Positions 13,235 to 28,754 of a stretch of DNA of 64,000 bases are shown here, one piece after another; the first letter of the stretch is position 1; every line of letters begins with the position of its first letter. Below the pieces are notes generated by a model, which saw nothing but the letters and a program-made list of their open reading frames with translations, did not search any database and had not been told where the DNA came from. Made by a program: the position numbers and the translations under genes. This DNA is from Lepidodermella squamata (lineage: Eukaryota; Animalia; Gastrotricha): assembly GCA_047495785.1 (NCBI GenBank), contig JBLDXI010000046.1, positions 1,757,301-1,821,300 on the forward strand. The letters run 5' to 3'.

Positions 13235-16200
13235 TCAGTTCGCCTCGATGGCGTGCAGCGCCTGCGCCTGCTCGTCTTCCGAGTCGTCTCCGTCGTCGAA
13301 CAGCGTCTTCTCCGACTGCTGTTTCGCCGCATCGTCCGAAGCCGGCTCCTTCGCGCCCTGCTGGTTAGCAGCACCCACACCACCACTGCTATTGTGGCTG
13401 GTAGGGAAACTGGGCTGCTGTTGGATGAACGTGGGCTGGTGCCACGCAACCGGCACTTGCTGGCCGAGAAACACGAGCCCGCGCGCCTTCGCCACCTCGG
13501 CATCGCGTCGCGTCGAGAACGTAACGATGAAGCCCTGGCTGGACAGCTCGACGCCATCGACTGAGCAGAACAGTCCGAAATGGGCGCGCAAGTTGCTCGC
13601 ATCCAATCCAGTTACTTGAGTGATCAACCTGATATTCGCAAAAAAATTAATAAATTTTCCAGGAATTCAAAATTATAACACTGACAGCTGTTTAGGCCGG
13701 CGGTCGACAATGAAAGAGGCTTTATTCGGCTTTGCTTTTGCCGGATCAGCTTCTCCAGCCGACGCGCCCGGTGTAGTCGGCTGGCCTGGTTGCCCACCGG
13801 CGGCACCGCCAGCCGATGCTGTTTTTTGTTTCTGATCGGCTCTGGCCAAGCCGAGTTCGATCTTCAATGCAGCGATTTTGTCATCGACAGTTTTCAGAGT
13901 CTAATATACGAAAAAGAACGATAAACACGAATTGCTGGTATTAAATAAGCTACTCACCGCGTTGATTTCCCCTTTGACACTGTCAGTTGTTGCGACAGCC
14001 AGTTTCTCAGCAAGGCTCTGTAAATCAGTTAAAAATCATCAAAATTTTCGACATCAATAAACAATTACCTTTCGCATTTCCAAATAATTTGCTAGCAAGA
14101 GTCGACGGCGTTTAGCCAGATCGTTTTGAGCCTCTGCAACTTTCTGTCAAAAATTCAGTTATACAATCGAAGTCAGTCATCATTTTTGAAAAATTATTAC
14201 CGCTTTTTCTTCACCGACGTGGTCGATGCGAAGCTTGGCGCGCGGTGGGGGTTTCGGGCCAGCCGCCTGGCCTGCACCAGTCGGCGATTGCACATCGCCA
14301 TCCGCTTGAGCACCCATCGCCTGGTCAGCAGGAGCAGCAGAGCCACCGCCCACAGCCAGCGAATCCGGCCGTTTCGCCTCTGCCTGAGCCTGTCCAGGCT
14401 GCTGCTGCTGCTGCTGAGGCTCCTTGTGATGCCAGAACACGCGAATAAAGCGGTTGTTAAACAGCGGCTGGGCACAGCGATACGCTTCCAGCGCATCTGA
14501 GTGGTTGGCAAAGGTGACGAGGGCGGCTTCGGGGTCGCCCTCGAAGCTGATCTGAATATTGACGACTGGGCCGAATTTCGAGAAATGCTCGTGCAATGGC
14601 CCGATCGAGTTCAGATTCCCCGGTATCTTCCGCACCTCCAAGATATTATTCGACATGTCAGCTTGGCCACGGCCAGACATGCCACCCCGCATGCCCCGAC
14701 CGCCGCGGAAATAGCCTCGTCCTTGCCCACGGCCGCCGCGGTTGAAATTCCCACCACGGTTATAGCCACCTCCGAAATTCCGACCGCCGTAGGACTCGTT
14801 GTTATTCCCATTGTTATTACTATTATAATTATTTCCATCCTGAGACGATTGATCAATCACAGGCTCACCCAGCCTCGCCGCCGCATTCGCCTGGGCGATT
14901 TCCTCGATTTCACTGTCCAGCTGACTAGTTGAGATCGGAGGCCTGTCGCCGCCTCCGAAGCGATTGTTATCAAATCGATTATTATTGTTATTGTTATCGA
15001 ATCTCCGGCCACCTCCGCCGCCGCCACCTCCACCGAAATCGTTGCGGCGAATTTGGCGCAAGTTCCGATTGAATCCGCCAGCTCTGCCGGACATGACAAC
15101 GGGCACATTGCCGCTCTGATCGCCGCCCATCATTTCTGGCGGAATCATTTGCTGCTGTTGTTGCTGGTGCTGTTGGAACTGCTGAGCCAGCATTAGATTC
15201 GGATCCTGTTGCATAAACTGCTGTTGCAACGGGTTGATGGCCGCTGCGGCTGTAATTTGCTGGAATCCGAATTGAAGGTATGAAGCGAGTACGGGCGAAA
15301 TGTGGGCGCTCTTGGCATCTGCCGATTTTTGGCCACCGAAAGCGCCTGGCGGTGAGGTTTCCGCATTCGGAAAGGCTGGCGTTGTCGTCGCTTGTTGGTA
15401 AGTCGCAGCGATTGCCTGAATGTCCTTCTCCTCAACCTGTAGAAAACCGGGATGCGAATATTGGCAAGCGTCGCCTTCAAGGCAGTAGCCTTGTTTTTCA
15501 AACGAGGGGCAAACACGTGTTTCGCCAGTCGCGAGCAACTTTTTCGATGCCGCGTCTTCGTTTTCACTCGATGATGGTGGAAGTGGCTGCTGGCGGCTGC
15601 TTCTGGAATGTGGCGAACGTGACCGGCGATTGCGCTCTCTCGACTGACTATGAGGCGATCGTGAAGAATTCTTCCGATCGCCGTTATTACTGTCATTATG
15701 ACGCGACTTTCGGGATGAAGAATCGCCTGATCGCTTGGAAACCGGAGAACGGCTTCGACTTTTGCCCCCGTGTTTCGACGAGGAGTGGTGGCGACTTTCA
15801 AGTCGACCAGATAATAGCCTATTGCCACCGTCCTTCCCTGAGTCTGAAACTGCATCAGCAGCTTTATACTTTTCATTCGTTACAGCATCTAACACCTGGT
15901 CGACGAAATCCTCCACTTCTAAAAACGGAAATTGATATTGACGTTATTCAGTTGAACTTCAGCATTAAATCGCTTACTTATTTTGTTCACATCTATAAAA
16001 ATACTTAGATTTTGAATACAGTAGGAACGCAGATCTGGTTTTGGATTGCTCTGTACAAGGAATTATTATAGTAAATAGTAAATAGTAAATAGTAATACGG
16101 CAATATTATATAGAAAGCCTACCTTCTTCAATATCACGACAACGTATTTCGCAAGCGAGTCTGGATCCGCTAAGCATCTATCAAAAGATGAAAATGCATC

Positions 16201-16291
16201 ATGTCAAAGTTTGCAAATAATCAAATGCTAACATTGGCCGAATAATAGGAAGCAGCCATTTGTTGAAGCTATCGACGTCGGTTATCTCCAT
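13235..16291 (-). CDS. RBM26: RNA-binding protein 26/27 family (PWI, CCCH zinc finger, two RRMs), multi-exon
   Basis: N-terminal PWI-like MEITDVDSFNKWL...ADPDSLAKYV; CCCH finger CPSFEKQGYCLEGDACQYSH; RRM LEVRKIPGNLNSIGPLHEHFSKFG...FNNRFIRVFWH; second RRM ...IVTFSTRRDAEVAKARG. Confidence 0.9.
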
Positions 16292-16494
16292 CAAAGGAAA
16301 CTTGTAAATAAACTAAACTCTGCAAATGAATGAAACATGTGCTAAATTCGGTTAGAAAATAAATTGCAAATGAAATTGCAGATAAATGGAGGAATTATCC
16401 TGCTTCCTGTAAACTCTTAACGTTTGTCGTCTGTGAAAATGGCAATTCAAGATTATTTCAATGGTGAATTAGAGGTTAGGTATAAATAAGTATC

Positions 16495-16695
16495 CTGGCC
16501 GATGGCAAAACTAGCAGCGGAATCCAAGCTACTCTAATCCGTGTAACTGTGATGGCGTCGTAGTTTGAATCCATGTCAAGGCAAACTTCTCCAAAGCCAA
16601 TAGTTAACCAAGCATTAACTAGAATAGATTAGGCCTAGGTAGCCGCTTGTCGTATAAATAAACATAACACCCCCATTCAGGATTCAGGATTCAGA
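16495..16695 (+). mobile_element. Possible degenerate tRNA-derived SINE
   Basis: A-box-like TGGCCGATGG (~16496), B-box-like GTTTGAATCC (~16563), and a short tandem tail ATTCAGG x3 (~16675-16695). No cloverleaf confirmed. Confidence 0.3.
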
Positions 16696-17446
16696 CACAA
16701 ACGAATCAGTAATCAGCCGAAGCCCGCAGGCTAGAATGCGTTTGGCAACTCTCTACGCCTATAGTTCCAAGGGGCTGTATGCCTGTTTCACAGCACCATT
16801 TTATGAGTTCAAAAAAGACCTAAACCCTAAACGTGAAAAATGTCAGTCCGGTCAGTCTTCAAGTCAAAGGCGTAACCCGTGAAAAAATAACTTCACCAAC
16901 TTTATACTTTATGTTTCACAAATTCCGGAGTTGCTATTAAATGCGCTTTAAATAACTGGCTCCACCTTCCACCTGCAAACTCTGTCATCCAAAACATCGA
17001 ACGCTTTGAACGACTTTCAACTTCAAAATCCACTTACCGTTGCACGCAGCGGGACACTTTCAGCCTCTTATACAACAAAAATTTGCCGCAGGATTTTAAA
17101 AATAACAAAAAACGTAAAACTTTTTTAAATAAAAAGTTAACAATAAATTCGCTAATAATTTTATATGCATTTCAAGGTCATTTGAAAAAACGGCGTGCGC
17201 CATGCGGTCGAAACCACGCGGTTATCGGCGATTTGTGCTGCAATACAGCTGGTAATGCAGCTTGCGAGTTGGATTGCGGCCATGTATGAGAAAGATACAG
17301 TATTATTAGACTCAATAAATGATCACATGTAATTGCCATGAATTCTTATCTTTTCAAACCCCGCCTTTTGCGTTATTCTATTTGTCCCTTCAATTTTCAT
17401 TTACACCAAACATTTTATGCATATTTAGGTTACCGTCGGTTTTAGT

Positions 17447-20400
17447 ATGCTTTCAACTAAGTCTGCTAACACTGATCCAGGTAGCGCTAAGACTACTGAA
17501 AAATCCCTGGAAGTGATGTCAGGTGCAGCTCCTCCTAATGAGCAACAAAAGCAGACGGTGACTAATTTGAAAGAGAGTGATGTTGAAAAGCGCGAAAATG
17601 TCTGGTTCAAGCAAGAACAGACCGCCAGCAGTCAGCCCGTTACGCTTAATCGTAAGCTGTTATTTTATGATCTTTGTTTTCTTGATCAATCATTTGTAGC
17701 AGAAGAAAATGTTAAGGTTGTCGACAAGAGTGTCAAATTTGCCGACTTGATATCGCAAGATTGGCCCACACTCGACGAGGCACAGCGACACCGTCACGAG
17801 CCCCATTCGGCCAACCCACCATCGGCTAATTTGAAGCCGAGCAAAAGTGAAAATAACCGAACTTTGCAACCGATTTCTAAGAGCACTCTCATGGCGAGAT
17901 CAACTACTAAAAGTAAATTCCAAGAAATACAATGCGATCTTAACCGTTATTTTAATCGTTTGATTTTGTTTAGATCGTATCCCGATCAACACTTCGACGT
18001 CGCGAAAGCGTCAAGTTCAGGCAGAAAGTCATAATGAAAACCAACATAATTCAAAGACCGAGAGTTCTGAAAATACACAACCACATTCGAATGCTTCCGC
18101 AAGGCCTCCTGTTGCTACGACAGTTCCATCACAATCGGTTCCGCGAAATGGCAGCGGGCCTGGCCCCGGTGGCGGTGGTGGGGGATGGCGCGGTGCAGGA
18201 CATGGCTGGCGCCGTCCGCCGGTCTCCCGTATTCGGCACCCTCCTCCATGGTTCTTTAAGTGGCGCCAGCAAGTTATCGAACGCAAAGAACGCGAAAAGG
18301 CGGAGAAATTGGCCGCTGAAGGTAAAATTGAAGGAACTGCCAATGAAGAAAACAAACCTGGTGATGAAAATGCCCCGTCAACTTCTGAAAATGCTGCAGC
18401 GCCGACTGCAAGTGAAGAAAGTTCAAACGTTAACAAGCCTCAAGAGCCCACAAACGAATCGAAACCCGTCAACGGTTTCGGCGGTGTGCGTCGGCCGTTC
18501 AGAACGCCTTGGGGGCGTGGCCGGGGCGGTATGGGCTATCGCGGCCGCGCTCGATTTGTAAGATTTGGTCGTGCCGACACGTATCCGGTTGAATCGAGTC
18601 GTGCTGCTGCTAACCACTACGGAAAGTCAGAACCTCTCTCGGAGCAATACAATAATGGCCAGTCTCCAAATTTCCCGGTCGGTGGATGGTCTGGCGGCTC
18701 GATGGGAATGGGCCCAATCGCCGCTGTCCCGCCAGCTATGTACATGGATGCCGAAGCTGCCAAAACCTTCGTTCGCCAACAGATGTGAGTAACCATTGCT
18801 AAGAAGAAATACCTAAATTTGTATAATTTCGTACTATTTCTTCCAGTGAATACTATTTGAGCGATGACAATCTCGCTCGGGACATCTATCTGCGCCGTAA
18901 AATGGACTCAAGCGGCTGGTTATCCCTTGATTTGATCGCAACGTTTCCTCGTATTTTCTCGTTTACGAACGACCTGACGTTAATAGTCGATTCGTTGAAA
19001 GACAGTGAACGCGTTGAATTGTCTTCAGATGGTCATCTCATTAGACCCAAGTAAGAATATCAAAATTTCTATGTTATGTTTTTTCATTTTTGTATTATGT
19101 AAAATAGATTTGCGCCTGAACGATGGCCCCTGCCTGACGACTCGCTATTCAATCCGCCAGGCTTGTCCACTCACCCGGCGCCTTCATTCACCGGGTCGAC
19201 GTGGCTTCCGGATCAGGTGTCACCGGACGGCTCAGCAATCATCGCCGACTCAGCTGTCGCTGGAGGTGCGAACGAAAATGATAATGGCAAGAGCAAAGGC
19301 AACAAGACACTAAACCCGTATGTTGGTGAATTCGTACCGAGTTACTTGATGGCGCAACCGCAGCATTACCAGCAACACCAGTATCAACAAGGTGTATACA
19401 TTTCGCATAATAATAACAGCAATAAGAAACATGACGCCGAGGAAGACGATCTGTTCGACTTCAACTCGATCGCGCTGCTGTCGACGTCGGCGCCCGCGAC
19501 GCTGTCTCCTGCCGCGCTGCGCAACCAACGCGCACTGCTCATGCAACACTACCGCAACCACCACGCGACGGCTAGCAGCGACAGTCGCGACAGCGGGGTC
19601 GCCGAGTGGATGGAGGTGTCCAGCCGGAAACGCCGCCGCAGTCTCCGCCCGCACAAAGCCGACCAAGGCCATCTCAATCAAGGCTCGAAGAAGGCCTCAG
19701 ATCTTGACTTCGAGTTCGAGGAAGACCGGCCGGCCGATGAACAGACGATGAACAGGCGGATGTTTTCGAGTTACGCCGAGCAGGAGTATTCGGATGAAGA
19801 GGGCGATGACAATGACTCGGATGAGTTATCCGACGAAGAGCTCGACACCCTGCTTGTCGTCGCGCCCGCCGCTCAGTTGAACCGGATCCGCAACCGAAGT
19901 GGGTCTGTCAGTCTCAGAAGCACAACCACCACCACCGCCACCACCTCATCATCAGCTCAGCAACAGCCGCAACGGCCAGTGCTCGGCTCGACATCACATC
20001 AAGACGATTTAGGCCATCAGCACAAGAGCCGCGTGAAAGTGACTCAAGAGCTAGCTCAGTGGATCAGCGATGGGTTGTACTGTTATGAGCTCGAGTCGCG
20101 CAAGAATCGGCCGAAAAAACACTCCAAACCCGTTGCTGCTGAAGGCTCAGACCTGGATAGCCCGTCGTCACCTGTCGATGAAGTTGGCGGCGGAGAATAT
20201 TATCCAAAGAGTCAGCAGTACAAGTCGATTAAAACTGTTTCTCAGGCTGAATTCGAGGCTCTTAGGAAGGAACATTCCGAAGATCATAATCAGGACCAAA
20301 ACGACGCGCCACCGCCGCCCCCGCCTCCTCCCCCACCGAGTCGGCAGGGTGGTGCTTGGAAAACCCGTAAAGCTGAAAAACCTGGTTGGCCGATCGCGAG

Positions 20401-22086
20401 AGTCAACGACGTCCAAGTCGCTCATTCCCTGCCGGACGACCGTGTTGCGGCCGCCCAGCGGTTACAAGCTCAGCATCAGAGACTTGGCGCAGTCGGGTGC
20501 CGATTCCATGTCTCATCGATGGAAGAACTCGAAAACCTGCCTTCGTCTGCCGAGCAATTCGGTGCTCACCCTCAACAGCGCGTCGCGGTCGAACCGGCGT
20601 CGAAAAACAACCCTGCGATCGGCTTCGTTTTCACGCCGAAAGGCCGGCAACAGCGGCCACAGCGGTCGAGGAACACCTCGATGTCGCGAGACAACGCGTC
20701 GGAGGTCGCTTCTTCATTCGGCTCGACGGCGGGTGGCCCGCAGCTGGGCGGTGCTCATGAAATGCTTCGTTTAGCCGGCTACGGTTGGCACGATTACTCG
20801 CGGTTCAGGGGGCGGTGTTTGCGCGACAGGGCGCAGGCCGGCCCCGGGCGCTCTACGACGATGAACACGTTGTACCGTTTCTGGTCGTTCTTCTTGCGCC
20901 AGCGCTTCCACCGGCCCACTTTCAACGAGTTCCGCAACTTTGCCTTCGAGGATGTGCAACTAGCGGGCTCGCGCTACGGCCTTGAGTGCCTGTTCAGGTT
21001 CTACTCTTACGGCCTCGAACGTCGTTTCCGCAACGACCTATTCCAACTATTCCAAGAAGACACCATCGCTGACTTCGAAGAAGGTAAGAATCATTAACTT
21101 TTTGGATCACGTTATTTAAGCCAAGTACTCGATGCTTTTTTATTCTCATTTTCTCGCAACTCTTAGTTCTATTGCTCCATTGCATGGTGTCACGTTAATT
21201 AGCGGCTCGTTTTAATTTTTTTATCACGCTGTATTGAATATGACTAACTTCGAGCTGTTTAGTGCATTAGCGCACGCTTGTTTTCAAGTTTCTTAAGCAA
21301 ATAGCGGGCTCGAAGGTGGGCGCCGATTGTAATGTTTGACCAGATCTTCATTCGTTTGTTTGTTTTGCTGATCATTTTACGCGAGTCTACTACCCTACGC
21401 TGTGCTAACTATTTCCTCCACCGATTAAGGACTTCATGCCTCTATGATGTACACGTTTCGTCGAGAAAAACATCGCGTTGGGGTAGGACACGGCATAAAA
21501 CATAATTTTATGGATGAAGCATGATGGGGGAATTTTGTTTTCGATTTTATTGAAAGCGAGAGGCAATACGGAGTTGCAGCGAATACCCTATATGAAGTTG
21601 ATGGAAAATTCTGAATAATGGTAGAAAATTGATAATATGCCAAAATGCACGAGTACTTGGCTTTAATCTTATCGTCGCACGCTCGAACAGAGGTCACGCC
21701 CACGCTGTGGTGCGGCCTCCCTAACAGCCAGTGCCAAATAATTACCGAAAATACCATTTGTCACTTTGGAGCTTCCAACTCCTCTGTGATCAGAAGCACC
21801 GGTTACATGTTGTGTTTTCCTTCTAGGCTATTTGTATGGCCTGGAGAAGTTCTACGCATTCCTGTTCTACTCGGGCAAACGACCAGCGGTGTCGAACCGG
21901 CTGCGATCGTACCTCGAGCTGTTCCCGGCGATCGAGGACTTCCGCAACCATCGCTCAGACTCGCCCGAGGCGCTGAAGGCGTTCACTGCTCAGCACCTGC
22001 GATCTTCATCACATCATAATAACACGAACAGCCGACCGGCCGGCAAACAGCTATCTTCAGCGTCATCGGTGGCAGCCGCCCAATGA
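17447..22086 (+). CDS. LARP1: La-related protein 1 (La motif, PAM2, DM15 repeats), multi-exon; start codon approximate
   Basis: La motif RQQ(I)[36 protein letters not shown]; PAM2-like [10 protein letters not shown]; DM15 repeats [39 protein letters not shown]. Confidence 0.93.
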
Positions 22087-24414
22087 TGGGGAAAAAAGAA
22101 ACCGAAAAATGAAAACCCGAACCAAACAAACTATCAAAAATGAAACAAAACAGGCGATGATTCAGATCGTCTGCGTTTGATCACCTTCACTTGATACCTA
22201 ATAACTGATAATTGGATTTTGATTGGACGTGTCTGCGTGTGTGTTTTTGTTGTTTTTTGTGTTTGATGTAATATAATAATTCCGACATGTGTTGTATCGA
22301 AAATCTTTACTACTTACTACCACATCTATATTACTACTAAATGCCATTGTAATAACACGCAAAACACTTCCTCTTTCTCTTCTTCTTCATCATCTTGATC
22401 CGTCTTTTTCGTCTTATTCTTTCGCCTTGTTATTATCACTATTACCATATATCTATATCATTATTCTCCTTAATAATTTCGTAGCTTTAAGCTGACTGTG
22501 TCTAGTTTTTCTTGTTATTTGCGTCTTTTTCTTCGTAAGCAGCATCGTCATTCAATTGTTCAAGCTTTTGTAATTAGATAATATAGTAGCATCGTGCTAG
22601 TGAGTGATATATCAACAACTTTGTTTCCTCTTTTCATAACCTTGTGATCGCGATTCGCCCGATATACATCTATAAAATTATTATTTACGGATTATTATAC
22701 TGATGACTGTACATAAATGTATAAATGAGAGCGAAATACAACAATTAGCTACAGGAGTTCATTCGCGGACTGATATCGGGCTTATGAGGATGATGTTAAG
22801 GTGCAGGAGTTCTCGCGGGTCAGCTGGTTGCTTGTACGACCTCCATTTCATTCAAGAGATAAGAGAAAGAAGAAGCAGGAGATACAAACTACTTCCTTTC
22901 ACCTAAAATGTGATTGAATTAGCAAAATTGAAAAGTTATATCAAATTCTATCAAAGATGACTATATTAGCAATTGTTTCAATTCATACACACATTATTAT
23001 GGAGTGAAATTGACGTTATAGCTTATTACATCTTTTTCGAGAAAGGTTATTATTGTTATAATTGTTCGCCTCAAATGATAAGAGATCTACACGATATTTA
23101 AATAACACGCTATAGAAAATCATGTGAATTTGATGCGTATTAACAGTGTCTGGCTCCGCCTAAATATTCATCAACTTTTGACTGTGCAAAAGAGTTCGTA
23201 ACTAATCAAAGATAATAGCTGATTATCTAACTATATTCTAGTAATTTTGTGATTTTTCTATTGTGCGCTCTTTAATTTCTATGCAAAATCAAAATTCTTG
23301 TTAGAGTTGAGAAATGTAATTATATTTATCCTTTGATGCGTATTACTGTAAATATTTAACAGATTAAAATATATTTACAAATCGTCGTTCTTCCTTCAGT
23401 TGAAATCAAATTAATATGGTTCTATTCATTTGCCTTAGTCACTAATAAGGAATAGATTCGACTCTTAATGGCTTCGATTACTGCCTCTTGTGAAGCTATT
23501 TACAGCCTTCTCTAGAAATGTGAAAAACCGGGCTTCATCAATCTTCAAATAATAATAATAATTCAGTACTTGCTTCAATGTTATTTTCATGGTTAATCAC
23601 TCGTGTGCCGCCAACCCATCCCCGTTTTGAGGTGTCAATCAGTTAAATTCGGGTGTACCTCTCTCCTACTGCTGCTGCTGATTTCGCACATCTTTCACAG
23701 TTCATAGACTGATACTTCATTGATGCTACATGTACTGCTTAACATATAAAATGTCGGTTGTAGATAGCATTAATTCGATTGATATGCGCACCCGCTTTGT
23801 GAAATGATTCCCCGCGCTTCGTTTCTTTCGCGTCTTGTACCTGTAATTCGACTTTTCTATTCTTCCGCGCGGATCTTCGCTGCTTTTGGCAAGGTGCAAA
23901 GCTGTTGTAATAATGTTATGTATCTTCATAATTAATAATTATAACTGGCTCGTGTTTCTCTGTTAAAATGTATAGTTATTATTACACTTCGTAATAAACG
24001 GTTCAAAAAGCAAAGCAAAAGTCTTCGTTTTCGTCGTCGTCATGGCATTTTTAATGATGCTCGTCGATTTTCGGTCGCGCAGGAAAACACAAATTATAAG
24101 CACACTTTTTGTGTAATAATAATCATAATTTCTCAGGTTCGTTTTTTTCGGCACTAGGTTTATGACTCGACTAAACGATATGTAGAGCGGGTTCAACAAT
24201 CATCACAAACATATTTGATAAGATATTTACATATCTTTTGACTAACACGCACAAATAATATCGGAAGATGGGGCTTTTCCCGGTGTATAGACCGGCTGTG
24301 ATCATCATCAATCATTAACGTGAGAGAAAGCGTAAATTTTTGTTGTTGCATATTATGAAAGTTCACAGGCTGAACGAACGAACACTCAGTACAGAGTTAT
24401 ATATATTGCGAATT

Positions 24415-27400
24415 TTAAGCAGCTTCGATGAGTTTTTGAGGTTGAGCACTCGATGTAGGATGAGCCGCGCCGAAATCACACGACTGCGGACCCGACGTGC
24501 CGTTTGTTGCTGCCGACTCGATCTGCTTCGGCTCCGCCGGAGGAGACATTTTAGTGACGGCAGCCGAAGCCTCATCACGCGACATGAACAGTGTCGCGTA
24601 AGGTAGCAGGCTGTGCAGCTTATTTCGAAGTGCATCGACCTTATCAGCCGATAGCGGGGTGATTCCCAGACTCCAACCTGCTCCAGAACGACGACCTTGA
24701 AAACAGAAACATGAAAATTATATTATCGTCGAGTAATCATTGAAATAAGTATAACATCAAATATTCTTTCGTACTAAAATCACAATTGGCTTAGATCGGA
24801 ATTGAAAGGAACCAGATGGGTACGATTTATTGCGATCTATCAGCAATGTTCTTCGAGTTTGTGATTTTACTGAATGGACCAAGCCCCTTCAAATAGGTCA
24901 AGGATTGCTTTTCAGAGTATCTTTCAGGGGAACCGAATCGGAATGTTGCGGAACCTATTTTAGATAGGGCAAAGGTCGCTTTTCGAATATTTCTACGAAA
25001 TTAGGGCAATGGGTGAATTCCATAGTATAAAATGCGTCTTATACAGATATTACGTTGAATTCAAAGATGATTCATTTTAAATTATGCTGATTAATCATGA
25101 AAATCCTTGAAATTTTTGAAAAAAGGTTCAGGCCCATTGGAAATTACAAAATTTGGTTCCGCTAATAGTAATACCCATTAATTTCCGACTAATCTAAAAG
25201 GAGGCTTACTAAATCCAATACTTTGCTAAGCTCAAACAGATGCACCATCACAAGATGAAACTATTAAAAACTTATGATATATTGACCTATTCAACAAGAT
25301 TCGTACGAGTTATGTATAAAAATACTCGAGAATTCCTCGGATTTACAATGAACAAAATAAAATGAATGAGCTTACCGTAAACGAGAGCATTATAGAGGTT
25401 TGAGCAGGTTTTCAGCGATGGCGCCAGCGATGACGAAGCGCCTTGTTTTACGAGGGATTCAAGGCGCGTCATGATTGCCTTGTAAGCACTCTCCTGGCCG
25501 GCAGCGGTCTGATCGAAGTGGTACAAAGCCCGCGCGTAGGCCACAGTCTGCTCCAACGACGCATTGCTGCCGAGCTTCGTCATCCACTCGCTGTTGTACG
25601 CGGCGGCTTTCGGCACGGCTTTCGAACCAAACAACGCAGATAGTTGTTGATCGATCACTCGCTTGATCAGTTCTGACGACTGCGTGTTATTTTCAAGCCA
25701 ATGAAGCAAACGGACGACGCAGAAATGGACCTGGGCGTTGTCTAACGAGGACATGTGAGCGGCACGGCGGACTGCGGACAGCATTCGCAGGACGACTCCG
25801 CGTCGCCAGTAGACTTCGAAAGCGAGCAGGTGCGATTCGATCAAATCGGGCGCAGCTTCGATCAGCGGCCTGGCGTAATTAGTCGCGATTTCAATCGCGT
25901 TACTCGGATGGGCAAGTTGCTCGGGGTCTAGAGTCGCGTTGCCATCAAGTCCTAGCGAGCTGAAGGAGGACGACACTTGGGCAACTCCGTCCTGCTCTTT
26001 TTCCTTCTCTTTCGCAGCGTCTTTATCGCCGTCTTTCGGGTCGGCCTGGTGCTTCGCAGCTGCTTTCCGCTGCTTCGATTTCAGCTTTTTCCGCTCCCGT
26101 TCGTTCATCGCATCGTCGCCGTCTTTGCCCGCGCTTCCGTCAGCGTTGTCCACCCGCTCGGCGAACTGCGGGTCGTCGGCCAAATCGCAGTATATTCCTG
26201 CGCACAACTGAGCCGCTTTAACGAAAAACCGGTGGCGGTGCTGCGAATCCGTCAGGCGCACGAGTTTGACATACGCCGACAGGGTCATTTTGCGCGGGCA
26301 GTACGTGTGGAAGTCGAACTGGTCTTCGTACATTTGCGAGAAGTGGCGTTCGATGTCGTGGCATTTCTTGAGCGCTTCTCCGATTTTTCCGAGATTGCGA
26401 TAGGCCGATGCAGTTTCCAGTAAAAACCACATGCACTGCATGTCGGACAGCGCGGCAGCCGCGCTACCGTCATTCGTCGAAGGTTTCGTGAATTTCGACA
26501 ACAAATTGTCCGCATCGTCGAGACGGCCGGCGCGAATCATGTAACGAGCACATTTGTAATTCAAGTAACGATCGGCCGTGTCGAGCGACTGCGCCTCGTC
26601 AGCCCACGCCGCTGCTGCGTTGATGTTTCCTGCATGTTTGCAGACACGTGCCATTCCCAGCAGAAGGTCAGGTAAAGTCGGCACAATAGCAATCGCCTGA
26701 TTCATTACCGAAATAGCCCTGCAATAAAATAACACAGTTGAAGTAAAACTCAAACGGCCGCCTTAATATATCAATCAATTTCGTCAGTTCTGATGCTACT
26801 GGTCCTGCAATCTGAAGATATGGCTTACTCTGTGGTCTTCGACGCGAAATCATAGTGTTGAGCTAGGAAGAAACTGGCCCAGATGAGAGAAGTCGGTGGC
26901 TCCTTTTTGGCGGTATCATTCTTGGTGAAATGGCCAGAAGCATTCAGCTCTTCGACGAATTCCGTCATGATTTTACCAATGATTTCGCGCTTTTGAGCAT
27001 CAGAATATAACGGGCGTAGTGCAACAAATAGTGGAGGAATGCCTTTTTCTATTCCGTCACGTAAATACTGCGTGAGCAACTTTGTAAACGTGGCATTTGA
27101 AGCAGGAAGGGCTTTCAGAGCAATGAAATGCAGTCCAGGAGATTTGGGATAGCGAGCAAGGAAATCATTCAGAACAGCTTCCAATGCAGCAGGGTTAGCG
27201 CAAGAAGCGGTGATTTTCTCCGATGGCTGAGCAAGGGTCACGCCAGCCACGATTTGAGCAAGTTTATCCGCATAAAGACGGTTTTCAGGGTTCCTCTCCA
27301 GCAACGTTTCGTACATCTTTTTAGCATCCGCCATACGCCCGGGCATTTTCATCAATAAATCGCCCTTGGTCTCCATTAGCGTAACAATATCACACACTTT

Positions 27401-28219
27401 CGATTCATTCTTTGTCAAAAACTCGTAACTGTCTGCAATCCGGCCAGCTTCAGCCATAATCGAGGCCATGTATAGAATGAGTTCAGAATACTCAAAATCG
27501 AGTTCTTTCACATCCAACGTTTTCTTGAACTCCTCAAGCACCGATAAGGCCGTTTTAAAATCTCCAAGTAAATGCAGAGAAACGGCGTAACCGACCCAGG
27601 ATGCCTTCTGAGATGGCCTCAGTACGAGAAGTTGGTATCTGGTATCTTTGTATCCATCCAGATCACGCATTTGCACCTGAGAAACGTACACCACATTCAA
27701 CATTAGCTCGAGACATATTCAAGGAGAAAATACCTGAAGCAATGAGAGATCGCGTAAAATTTGAACATTGTCCTTTTCCCACTTCAAAGCATTCCGATAG
27801 GCTTTAATCGCTTCGTCATATTTATGCATAGCACGCTGAACTAAACCATACACGTGCCAACAAACATGACTCTGCAAATCGTTACGTAAACCTCTCCGAA
27901 CAAGGTCCATGGCATCGTCCCGTCTGCCGGTGCACATCAAGATGAGACCCTTCATGGCTAGTGTTTCTAAACGTAAAACAACTTCGCATAAACATTTCAG
28001 GGGTGATTAGTGAACTCTTACCGCCATGATCCGTGAATTTAGGCTTCGAGAGAATCTGGTTCGCAAATTTGATACCATTTTTGTACTGTTTCATTTCATA
28101 GCAGCGCTGTATCAACACAATGTGAGCTTATGTATAGTTAAAGTATCTTGTTTTAAACGTACCACTACTCGCCGAAAGAGCGCTGCTTCCTTCGGAGGCA
28201 GAGGATTTTTTGTCGGCAT
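24415..28219 (-). CDS. NAA15: NatA auxiliary subunit (NAA15/NAA16), multi-exon
   Basis: [19 protein letters not shown]|[11 protein letters not shown]; [50 protein letters not shown]; final exon [15 protein letters not shown] with stop at 24415. Confidence 0.94.
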
Positions 28220-28754
28220 GGTCCAACTACCGTAACTTTTAAATTCCCTATAAACAGCAATATCAATCGATGAAATTACGACTTAATACCTAAATGTGGA
28301 AACGTGATCATCCGATCTCCATAAGGCAGCAAGTTTTGAATTAATTCAGAAGACATAAAGGCAAGGGGTAGGTGTGTAACAGCGGAAAAATATAGATTTG
28401 AACCATTTATGTAGTCAAGATTTGAAGACAGGAAGTACACACAGGGTCACTTGATTGCCATCGATGGATCCATATTGATAGCTCGGGTGAGAGAGGGCAT
28501 ATATTACAAGCTACATGGAGATTACATTCTCCAGCCTCCAGCACGTTGACATGAATTTTGACGTAATGAAGGTAGAAGTTTGGCGTAGTCCTTAGCCGCG
28601 CACTTAATCACCGCAGAAGCAGGAACAGCAGTCGTGGACACCTCAAGCGGACAGTGTTTCTCATTAGGTGCTAATCATGCGGAATAAACGGCAAGGAACC
28701 GGCTCGAATGAATTGGAGCCTCCTCGAATTTCGTTGATAGCATCCCACCCCCAT